Virus record (IMG/VR): IMGVR_UViG_3300031992_000081
DNA length: 64,000 nucleotides
Direction: 5' to 3' (one strand)
From: an uncultured virus (IMG/VR IMGVR_UViG_3300031992_000081)
Taxonomy: Duplodnaviria; Heunggongvirae; Uroviricota; Caudoviricetes
Shown: piece after piece, positions 28,910 through 36,293 of the stretch
Numbering within the stretch: position 1 is the first letter of the stretch
How the letters are laid out: every line of letters begins with the position of its first letter
Notes under the pieces: model-generated
The model's database searches: none
What the model saw: the letters and a program-made list of their open reading frames with translations, nothing else
Told to the model about the DNA's origin: nothing
Program-made: the position numbers and the translations under genes

Positions 28910-28917
28910 AAATATAA

Positions 28918-29063
28918 TATTCTAAAGACCTTAATGAGATGATCGACGTACGTAGCAAGTGCGAAAGCTCAGAAAAAACACATGCTACTGATGATGATAA
29001 AACAATGAATAAACACCTAAAAAGGGAGGATTTGTCGATCACCTCATTAAAGCCTTTAAAATA
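28918..29063 (-). ncRNA. putative structured ncRNA, copy 2
   Basis: 30-bp closing stem (28918-28947 / 29034-29063), 4 mismatches all G-U on the minus strand; internal hairpin 28952-28988; directly upstream of the tRNAs. Confidence 0.75.
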
Positions 29064-29069
29064 TAACAC

Positions 29070-29111
29070 AAAAAGATCAAGAGACCAGATTTTATTTCTA
29101 GTCTCTTTTTT
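29070..29111 (-). terminator. intrinsic terminator, family A
   Basis: AAGAGACTAGA..TCTGGTCTCTT hairpin + U-tract. Confidence 0.75.
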
Positions 29112-29135
29112 ATTAAATTTTCTTAGATCTCATGT

Positions 29136-29240
29136 TCACTTCATCCTTTTGAACATATTGACTATTTTTGTGATAACCCAAGCGCAGCAAGCCACGCCAA
29201 TAAGGTCAAAAAACAAATCGAAAAATATTGCAGTAAACAT
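29136..29240 (-). CDS. 34-aa hydrophobic peptide (cassette gene)
   Basis: MFTAIFFDLFFDLIGVACCAWVITKIVNMFKRMK, AAGGAGG RBS, between promoter and terminator. Confidence 0.65.
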   Translation of the reverse strand: MFTAIFFDLFFDLIGVACCAWVITKIVNMFKRMK

Positions 29241-29350
29241 AAAGTTACCTCCTTAAAATTTATTCTATATAATGATTAACTTTTCACGCGAAAAAAGATC
29301 AAGAGACCAGATATCTCTATCTAGTCTCTTTTTCATAGATTTTTAGTTTT

Positions 29351-29587
29351 TTACTTGATTTCTTCGGGGATGTAATTTCCCTTAGTTTCGTCTCTAATAA
29401 TCACCGTTTCATTGAAAACAACTGGAATGTGAATCCAGGTTTCCAGGTCTCTTGTACAGTCTTCACACAGTCTATAACTCCGGGTATTGTTCCCGATAGT
29501 TATACCATTGATTCTGAACATGGAGACCATCTCTCCACATTTCTCACATCTCATTTTCCCGAAATTTTTAATTACGTTAGGCATCAT
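29351..29587 (-). CDS. Zn-finger small protein (cassette gene)
   Basis: CEKCG...LCEDC; GGAGG RBS. Confidence 0.7.
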   Translation of the reverse strand: MMPNVIKNFGKMRCEKCGEMVSMFRINGITIGNNTRSYRLCEDCTRDLETWIHIPVVFNETVIIRDETKGNYIPEEIK

Positions 29588-29703
29588 CTCTAAAATCCTC
29601 CTGAAATATAATAATTTTAAAGCATCTCTGCTTCATATAATGACGTGTTTTTCACGCGAAAAAAATCAAGAGATCAGATTTTCATCTGAATCTCCGATTT
29701 TTG

Positions 29704-29904
29704 TTACCAATAAGTAATGTTCAAAGTCTCTTCTACAAGAGTTTCTTCCGGAACGACGTCTTCCCAATAGACGACGTTTTTGTTCTTCTTCGTTTCCTTT
29801 TTAGATGGCTTTGTTTCTTCTCCATCAAAGCATGATGTAAGAAGTGCTATACAAAGCACCATTCTAATCAATACGAAACGTTTTCCAATTACTACTTTAA
29901 TCAT
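29704..29904 (-). CDS. putative small lipoprotein (cassette gene)
   Basis: Basic N-terminus, hydrophobic stretch, lipobox-like LTSC. Confidence 0.6.
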   Translation of the reverse strand: MIKVVIGKRFVLIRMVLCIALLTSCFDGEETKPSKKETKKNKNVVYWEDVVPEETLVEETLNITYW

Positions 29905-29995
29905 AAAAACCTCCTATTTGTTTAATCGTTCTCATATAGAGAATAGGAGTTAACGCGAAAAAAAATAAAGAGGCCGGACTTTCGTCCGTAACCTC

Positions 29996-30253
29996 TTACC
30001 GGTGGAATTTACCGTTTAACCACCATACGTCCACAATTTTTGTTCTCTCGTCACAACTAAGTCGAGAATACAAAAAATCGTCTCTTAAAATCGAATCTGC
30101 CGTTTCTTTCACTGAGAGAAGGGCACCTGATATTCCTGATAAACCTATTTTATAGGTCTTTGTCAGAATCCATTTCAGATTCTTCCTTTCCACAGTCTTC
30201 CACAAAACCACGGCAAATACCTTAATTTTCATTCTTTCGATTTTCTGTTTCAT
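29996..30253 (-). CDS. basic hypothetical protein (cassette gene)
   Basis: Start MKQKIER after AGGAGG; the track's upstream extension runs through a junction element. Confidence 0.7.
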   Translation of the reverse strand: MKQKIERMKIKVFAVVLWKTVERKNLKWILTKTYKIGLSGISGALLSVKETADSILRDDFLYSRLSCDERTKIVDVWWLNGKFHR

Positions 30254-30347
30254 TTCTAAAATCCTCCTATATTTATTAGTTCTCATATAGAGAATAGGAG
30301 TTAACGCGAAAAAAAAATAAAGAGGCCGGACTTTCATCCGTAACCTC

Positions 30348-30533
30348 TTACCTTTTCCATTGCCCATAACTAGGGTAGACCTGGATCAAAAATATGCATT
30401 TTGTTTCTTTACTAGGGTTATCAATATTAATCCTCTGTATCATACACTTATACCCTTCCTTTTTCGGAAGAGCCTCATTTGCATCATATAAAGGTCCATA
30501 TGCACAATATTGACAATCAAAACAATTTGCCAT
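30348..30533 (-). CDS. small Cys-rich protein (cassette gene)
   Basis: MANCFDCQYC after AGGAGGTG. Confidence 0.7.
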   Translation of the reverse strand: MANCFDCQYCAYGPLYDANEALPKKEGYKCMIQRINIDNPSKETKCIFLIQVYPSYGQWKR

Positions 30534-30631
30534 TTTATCACCTCCTTTCATATTGTCAACAGAATATAATGCGAAAAAATAAAGAGGCCGGACTTTCGTC
30601 CGTAACCTCCATATTTTGGTTGAGTTTATTA

Positions 30632-30949
30632 TTACTCATCACCAAATTTGAGTTTCTCATCCAAATCATCCAGATCTGCTCGTTCCTTATTCATAGCTTC
30701 GCTGATCATTGTTATGCTTTCAGCACACGCTTTCATGCACACGTTACAATTGTCTAGCAACTCCAGGTATTTGTCCATGTACTGCTTAGCCTCTTCTGAG
30801 CCTGTTACCTCAGAAAGAGTGTCAAATGCAGCTGACATAGACAGCTCCCGTTGACTTCTAGCAACTGTGTACTTAACGATGCATACACATGCCGTTGCAA
30901 CGATCATAAATACTACTACCGCTACCATAAAATAAATAAATGTAATCAT
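30632..30949 (-). CDS. N-terminally membrane-anchored coiled-coil protein (cassette gene)
   Basis: TM helix then acidic helix; AGGAGG RBS. Confidence 0.75.
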   Translation of the reverse strand: MITFIYFMVAVVVFMIVATACVCIVKYTVARSQRELSMSAAFDTLSEVTGSEEAKQYMDKYLELLDNCNVCMKACAESITMISEAMNKERADLDDLDEKLKFGDE

Positions 30950-31033
30950 TTCAAATCCTCCTAAAAATTTGATATTTGAGCTTTTATCTCATATAGAGAT
31001 ACGTTTTTCACGCGAAAAAATATAAGGAGCAGA

Positions 31034-31213
31034 TTACTCTGCTACCTTACGTTCGTCTATCGCATCATAGATTTTCTCTACAAGGTTATCAAGATCCTCT
31101 TCAAATCCTTCTACATCATAACCGATACCATTCTTCTCAGACATGGCTACATTCGAAGCCAAATCCGATAGCATGATCATTAAGTTATACATTTTATTAT
31201 TTGAGCTTTTCAT
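31034..31213 (-). CDS. 59-aa acidic protein (cassette gene, below track cutoff)
   Basis: MKSSNNKMYNLMIMLSDLASNVAMSEKNGIGYDVEGFEEDLDNLVEKIYDAIDERKVAE; AAGGAGG RBS; stop codon lies in the terminator loop. Confidence 0.7.
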   Translation of the reverse strand: MKSSNNKMYNLMIMLSDLASNVAMSEKNGIGYDVEGFEEDLDNLVEKIYDAIDERKVAE

Positions 31214-31282
31214 ATCTAAATTCCTCCTTTATTCTTCTTATAATATGCCATGTTTTTCACGCGAAAAAATATAAGGAGCAGA

Positions 31283-31465
31283 TTACTCTGCGTCCTTATT
31301 TGCTCGTTTATAATGATGATTGTGACAGCAAAAGCAATCTCGTTGCCATTCCTCCATTTCGAAACCGTCATCATCACATCTGTAAATAACGAGTAGTCCA
31401 GATTTATCCTCTGATACTCGTCTACAGAATCTGCAGTTTCTACAACTTCTATCTTCTTTTGCCAT
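31283..31465 (-). CDS. small Cys-rich protein (cassette gene)
   Basis: MAKEDRSCRNCRFC after GGAGGTG; stop codon lies in the terminator loop. Confidence 0.7.
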   Translation of the reverse strand: MAKEDRSCRNCRFCRRVSEDKSGLLVIYRCDDDGFEMEEWQRDCFCCHNHHYKRANKDAE

Positions 31466-31550
31466 AAAAATCACCTCCATTTTTCTTCTTATAATGTGCC
31501 ATGTTTTCCACGCGAAAAAAATAAAGACACCAGATTTTCATCCGATGCCT

Positions 31551-32495
31551 TTATTCCTTTGTCATTAAAATATAAGGTTTATCGTTGAAATAGTTACTAT
31601 CTGGGAATAACGTTCCATCAAGTAACTGTAAACCTTCTACTACGACTGATTCGCCATTGTTAAAAGCATACTTGCCATAATCCTGAATAACGTTTTCAAA
31701 CTTTTCAAGATTCTTTCCAAAGTTCTTATCCTTATTTAATAAGTCTTTGTAATTAGGAAAGTGCTGTTTGAGATATTTGTTGAAGTCTTTAGATTGATAC
31801 TTCTCATAGCCTGGCTCAAAATAGAAATCTAAATGTATAACATTATTAGACATAGATAAAGCTTTAGAAGATTTTCCACTTCCTGCTTTACCAGAAATAT
31901 ATAATATGTTATTGTCTTTAGATTTGCCCCAAGAATTGACATTCTTTTGCTCTGAGTTATACCCGTCCGTACCAAGTTCGATAACATCTACCGACTTTCC
32001 GGATCCCTCTAATCTCTCAATATTTTTACGAGTCGCTTTAGCACCGTTTTCAATAGGAATCGCTAATCCAACATGCGCATCCTTAGCCATGGCTTTATCC
32101 TTATATACCTGTGAAGGGTTGTATCCGTCTACAATCTCCGATTCAGGAGCCTCGACTTTCTTAACTCCCCAACCTAAATCGTTCGTAGCTTGGAATCTAG
32201 GTTCGTTCTCAATCGTATAAATGGTAACATTTTTATGATTTTTCTTCGCCAGATATTTTTGGACTTCAGTATCGATACCCGGTGCATCTCCGATTAATAT
32301 GTGATAGTTATTCTGAATATAATTATCCAGTTTACTGGTTATCTCTTTCGGTAACTTACCTTTGAATTTAGATGTTCCGGATACAAATACTTTTCTAGGA
32401 TGCGAACCGATGGGGTATGGAGGACCATGTTTGATCCCCCATTTTTGCCCCTGGACACCATGATGAGCTAACCAATTAGGTATCTGTCGGTCCAT
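31551..32495 (-). CDS. HHG-tag protein with SLOG-like domain and P-loop NTPase domain
   Basis: WLAHHGVQGQKWGIKHGPPYP; KVFVSG...ILIGDAPGID...KDKAMA (SLOG-like); ISGKAGSGKS...VVVEG. Confidence 0.7.
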   Translation of the reverse strand: MDRQIPNWLAHHGVQGQKWGIKHGPPYPIGSHPRKVFVSGTSKFKGKLPKEITSKLDNYIQNNYHILIGDAPGIDTEVQKYLAKKNHKNVTIYTIENEPRFQATNDLGWGVKKVEAPESEIVDGYNPSQVYKDKAMAKDAHVGLAIPIENGAKATRKNIERLEGSGKSVDVIELGTDGYNSEQKNVNSWGKSKDNNILYISGKAGSGKSSKALSMSNNVIHLDFYFEPGYEKYQSKDFNKYLKQHFPNYKDLLNKDKNFGKNLEKFENVIQDYGKYAFNNGESVVVEGLQLLDGTLFPDSNYFNDKPYILMTKE

Positions 32496-32724
32496 TTTTA
32501 TTATCCTCGTCCTCTTTAAATCCTGCCGGTGCTTCAGGAAGACCTGTGATTACACTTGTAATGAGAGAATATAATCCTGCTACGAAAGCGGTAGAGAACA
32601 TCACTCCCCATTTGATGTCACTGATAGCAGCTCCTACGGTGATGAAACCGGCAGCTACCTGCAGGAATGTCTTGAGAGCACGAATTCCAGCTGCTTTAAA
32701 CCACTTTTTCTGATTGTCTGTCAT
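32476..32724 (-). CDS. holin (r1t-type)
   Basis: KWFKAAGIRALKTFLQ...SLITSVITGLPE, 2 TM; start MTDN after AAGGAGG. Confidence 0.8.
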   Translation of the reverse strand: MTDNQKKWFKAAGIRALKTFLQVAAGFITVGAAISDIKWGVMFSTAFVAGLYSLITSVITGLPEAPAGFKEDEDNKNGPTDT

Positions 32725-32737
32725 TGTTAGTCCTCCT

Positions 32738-33784
32738 TTAGTCATCCCAAGAAATATGTTTAGGGTTAAATACATCTTGCCCTGTTTTAGGATCTGTATG
32801 AACTTCGATTGTAAAATAATTTCCATGACCGTCTGTCCACGTATCTACCTTCATATCTGGATCATAATTAAGCCGTTTCAAATCGGACATTGGAGTATAG
32901 TCGGAATAAGAAGTACCATTTTTATCCTTTACGTCCCTCATATTGTCCATGATAGCGTTCTTTATTTTAGTATCACTGATTTTAGGTTTTGCAGAAGATG
33001 CTTTATTTGACCCAGAAGACTTTTTAGACGAAGAAACTTTTACTTTCTTTGACCCTAAATGTTCACCATCATAGGCATCATAATATTCTCTAGTAAACTT
33101 GCAACTTCGATCTAAATCATAGTTTCCGTCATTAAAAACAGGAACTTCAACCGAATCTACAGTATACACTTTACCTTCTACAGCTCCAGATTTCTTGTCA
33201 TTTTTAATTTCACTTCTTTCACTATTAAATGTAATTGAAGAATTTTTGTTTTTTGTATCGATAAATGCCGAGTTACTCTCTGTATACTTTTCGAAAGCAG
33301 GCCAATTATGGTCATTAGCCTCAGCAGCTTCATCCAAAATATATTCACCATAGCCTTTTGAAGTAATAAGTCTAGCTAAATTTTTATCCTCTTTTGTAGG
33401 ATTATTGTTCTCATATGATATATCACCTTCATGAACATCAAGTCTAGGCTTTTTGACAGTAATTTCATTTCCCTTCTTTTTTCTTGTACTTATAGCAGTA
33501 GCAATTGCAGATGCTCCAGCTGATGCTATCGAAGATAAACCCGCACTAACTGGGCCTCCTACAGCTCCTCCAACAACAGCGCCAAGTGCAGCTCCTTTAA
33601 CCGCCGCTTTAGCAATAGTCTTAGCTCTTGCACCCTTTCTAAGGCTAGAACCAGTTGAAACGCCACTACCAAGCGGATACGGTGGACCATGCTTTACACC
33701 CCACCGTTGCCCATCTATACCGTGGTGCATTAGAGTGTTCTTATTCTTTCTTATATCACTAGCTATGAGATAATCACTCTTCAC
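32738..33784 (-). CDS. HHG-tag protein with glycine-zipper segment
   Basis: TLMHHGIDGQRWGVKHGPPYP; GAALGAVVGGAVGG. Confidence 0.75.
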   Translation of the reverse strand: MKSDYLIASDIRKNKNTLMHHGIDGQRWGVKHGPPYPLGSGVSTGSSLRKGARAKTIAKAAVKGAALGAVVGGAVGGPVSAGLSSIASAGASAIATAISTRKKKGNEITVKKPRLDVHEGDISYENNNPTKEDKNLARLITSKGYGEYILDEAAEANDHNWPAFEKYTESNSAFIDTKNKNSSITFNSERSEIKNDKKSGAVEGKVYTVDSVEVPVFNDGNYDLDRSCKFTREYYDAYDGEHLGSKKVKVSSSKKSSGSNKASSAKPKISDTKIKNAIMDNMRDVKDKNGTSYSDYTPMSDLKRLNYDPDMKVDTWTDGHGNYFTIEVHTDPKTGQDVFNPKHISWDD

Positions 33785-34092
33785 CGGGTCCTCACCTCCA
33801 ATTTTGAAACTTTGTCCATTATCATTTTTGCGGTTCCATTACCGCCCATCTTCACATATGGCTGGTATAGGTAATCGTGGAGATTCTCATACTCATCTGC
33901 ATAAATATATCCACGCTTGATATACTCCTGTCCAAGGAAGCATATTCTGTCGTGCCCTAGTCCAATTAACATCTGCGTTCTAACGCTTTTGTCATCGAGA
34001 ATCCTAGCCACGATTGCCCATACACCCGATGATGCGAGGACGGAAGTAACAATAGTTAATATTGCTTGCACTCTCCAGTCCACGTCTATCAC
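33781..34092 (-). CDS. lysis-module membrane protein (holin-like)
   Basis: N-terminal TM, LGHDRI...YVKMGGNG; adjacent to the endolysin. Confidence 0.65.
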   Translation of the reverse strand: MIDVDWRVQAILTIVTSVLASSGVWAIVARILDDKSVRTQMLIGLGHDRICFLGQEYIKRGYIYADEYENLHDYLYQPYVKMGGNGTAKMIMDKVSKLEVRTR

Positions 34093-34093
34093 C

Positions 34094-34852
34094 TCACCAT
34101 TTGCATTCGGCGCCTAAAGCAGTAAGTGTACGCTTGCCAGCGAGACCATCCCATTCCTCAGGCCGGTTGGGCCAATATGCCTTCTGGAATGCGATTACAG
34201 CCTTCTGAGTAGCTCCACCAAAACTACCATCGGCGCCCCAGGATCCGCAAGAATACCCACGTTCAATGAGTCTCTTTTGCATCTCCTTTACATCGTCGCC
34301 CTTACATCCCTTTTTCAAGAGACGAGTAACGACCCATGTACTACCTTCTCCCTCGATCTCCTTCTTAAAGATCTTAGGTCTTCCATATACAGTCCAAGTT
34401 GTAGCGGCTAGGCCTCTCTTAACAACACCATCGTCTCTACCCTTCGCTTCGATTACATTGAGATTTGCATCTACAATATAACCAACATGCGAAATCTTGC
34501 CTGTGGAATCTTTCTTAAATACCCAGTCTCCACGCTTCAACTGTGATTTTGATATTGGCTCGCAAAGAGTCGTATACATACCATAAGCAGTCATATCCGG
34601 ATAAGGGAAATGTTTCTCAATCCAAGTCATACCAAGTCCTGAACAGTCAAATGCTCTAAGTACCTTAGCATAACCCAAATCACACTGTTTGTGCCAGAAG
34701 TTCTTAGCTCTAGTGGCATTCTTAGCAGACGTCTCCATCTGTTCGATCCACTTATCGCTAATTACGTTGTAGCCTTCTCCCTGGCCAGCCCAGACGTAAA
34801 TACTATGATTTACAACCTGCAATTCTAGATAATCAATAAATTCGTTAAGCAT
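34094..34852 (-). CDS. endolysin: NlpC/P60 (CHAP-like) peptidase + peptidoglycan-binding domain
   Basis: YVWAGQG, FDCSGL, SHVGY; C-terminal LKKGCKGDDVKEMQKRL...DGSFG...DGLAGKRT. Confidence 0.88.
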   Translation of the reverse strand: MLNEFIDYLELQVVNHSIYVWAGQGEGYNVISDKWIEQMETSAKNATRAKNFWHKQCDLGYAKVLRAFDCSGLGMTWIEKHFPYPDMTAYGMYTTLCEPISKSQLKRGDWVFKKDSTGKISHVGYIVDANLNVIEAKGRDDGVVKRGLAATTWTVYGRPKIFKKEIEGEGSTWVVTRLLKKGCKGDDVKEMQKRLIERGYSCGSWGADGSFGGATQKAVIAFQKAYWPNRPEEWDGLAGKRTLTALGAECKW

Positions 34853-35492
34853 TTGTGGTCACCTCCATCCAAGTATCATTTAATTTAACGTACGTAGCTT
34901 GAATCGAATTATTACTTACTAAATAATATGTATCACCATTCTTACCAAGTGTTGAATCTGGTGCAGAAGCCCCATTAAATACTCGGTTAGATGGCGTTTC
35001 CATCCACGTGCCACTAAGTTTTACGTACGTAACAGAGACTCCACCATTAGCCATAAGGTAGAATGTGTCTCCATCTGAGCCAAATGTTGATTCCGGAGCC
35101 TCGTTACCACTGTAAGACTTAGGTATTTTGAGCTGCTGAATTGCCGAATTATCGACCCATTTAGTCCAGGGAGACCATACCCCGGATGAGTATACTCTAG
35201 TATATAATAGAGTTCCTCCAACACTATAAGCTACTTGCAGAACAGCCGAACCTTCATTGTCAATAGGTGCTACTAACAAAATATAATTCGTGTTAGACGG
35301 TTTATTAGTCGCTGTTACCGGCATATAATAAATACCAGTATAAGTTAACGTATTGTAATCCGATTGCTCTTCGCCTTGTGTGGCATTTAATGACGCTTGC
35401 TTAGTATCAACTAATTCTTCCAATGCATCGAAGGCTACTGACGACGCTACTTCGTGCTTATTGTAACCTTCATCATAAGCGTAAATAGGCAT
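34845..35492 (-). CDS. tail fibre/baseplate accessory protein
   Basis: pyocin-knob-like DYNTLTYTGIY...LYTRVYSSGVWSPW; two P..G..GDT[FY]Y repeats. Confidence 0.65.
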   Translation of the reverse strand: MPIYAYDEGYNKHEVASSVAFDALEELVDTKQASLNATQGEEQSDYNTLTYTGIYYMPVTATNKPSNTNYILLVAPIDNEGSAVLQVAYSVGGTLLYTRVYSSGVWSPWTKWVDNSAIQQLKIPKSYSGNEAPESTFGSDGDTFYLMANGGVSVTYVKLSGTWMETPSNRVFNGASAPDSTLGKNGDTYYLVSNNSIQATYVKLNDTWMEVTTNA

Positions 35493-35507
35493 TTCAGGTC
35501 ACCTCCA

Positions 35508-36293
35508 TTAAGTGTATTCGAAGTTTAATCCTACTACGTAGAAATAATATGAGTTTGTTATTGTTGTTTCACCAATAGTAACTAATGTATAATTGTTATA
35601 CCTATCTACAGAGATATTTTTTGATCCATAAGCGTTTAAAAAATCGTCCTCTTCACTAACATTATTAATAAAAATAGTAGTGCAAGGCTGCGTTTCATCA
35701 CTGTTTCCAGTACAAGTTACGAACAAAATATAATCGTAATCATAGAATGTTTTACCTGTAGGAGGAGTAAAAGTTGTAGTTGAACTGCTAATACCTTCTC
35801 TGTTATAAAGTACAGTTTCGGTTTTGGTAGCATTAGTTAACGTCAATCCATGAATCGTTTTAATATTCAAATTTCTATAATTGTTTCTAGTCCATACAGT
35901 ATCCGATGTCTTTTTATAGCAAACATATTGATCTGAATTAAATTCATTAAAGTTCATAAGGTTTCTAGAATATGTAAAAGATGCTGTTACCATAGACGGT
36001 GTAACTAAAAACGAGGTTTCCTTTTGACTGGAAGAGTTGTACGTTACCATTTCAAGAAAATCGTAATTTGTATACGAATCTGTGAAAGTTAATGTGTTGG
36101 TTAACGATGTGTTATCCATGATTAATGTTTTTGTTGCTTGAGGATATAATTTCCCTCCGCCTCGGATAGTTAGAATTTCGTCTGCAAAATCAGAAACAGC
36201 AATAGGATCTGAACTTTCCTTTTTCTCTCTAATAGCATCTGCAATATCTTGCAACGTACTAGACTGAATAGAATACTTTGTTACTTCAGGCAT
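35508..36293 (-). CDS. tail fibre-associated protein with N-terminal 'IADAIR' module
   Basis: YSIQSSTLQDIADAIREK...DFADEILTI; internally duplicated YD[FY] domain. Confidence 0.65.
   Translation of the reverse strand: MPEVTKYSIQSSTLQDIADAIREKKESSDPIAVSDFADEILTIRGGGKLYPQATKTLIMDNTSLTNTLTFTDSYTNYDFLEMVTYNSSSQKETSFLVTPSMVTASFTYSRNLMNFNEFNSDQYVCYKKTSDTVWTRNNYRNLNIKTIHGLTLTNATKTETVLYNREGISSSTTTFTPPTGKTFYDYDYILFVTCTGNSDETQPCTTIFINNVSEEDDFLNAYGSKNISVDRYNNYTLVTIGETTITNSYYFYVVGLNFEYT

Larger units (their letters stand above)
29264..31555 (-). repeat. array of eight terminator+promoter junction elements separating single small genes
   Basis: Junctions at 29264-29333, 29631-29702, 29928-30000, 30279-30352, 30547-30609, 30987-31049, 31233-31300, 31484-31555. 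Each is hairpin, U-tract, then TTCGC(G/A)-N17-TATRRR. Confidence 0.85.

Noticed and set aside
28950..29010. Hammerhead ribozyme (CTGATGA and GAAA on the plus strand)
   Set aside because: No stem II followed by GAAA and no NUH site in the required order; copy 1 lacks the core; wobble pairs favour the minus strand.
28815..29256. ORFs 28815..29069 (-) and 28939..29256 (+)
   Set aside because: They overlap the tRNAs, ncRNA copy 2 and a terminator; no RBS.
29264..31555. CRISPR array or integron attC array
   Set aside because: Units between repeats are 200-400 bp genes with RBSs, the repeats are terminator-promoter elements, and no cas or integrase gene is visible.
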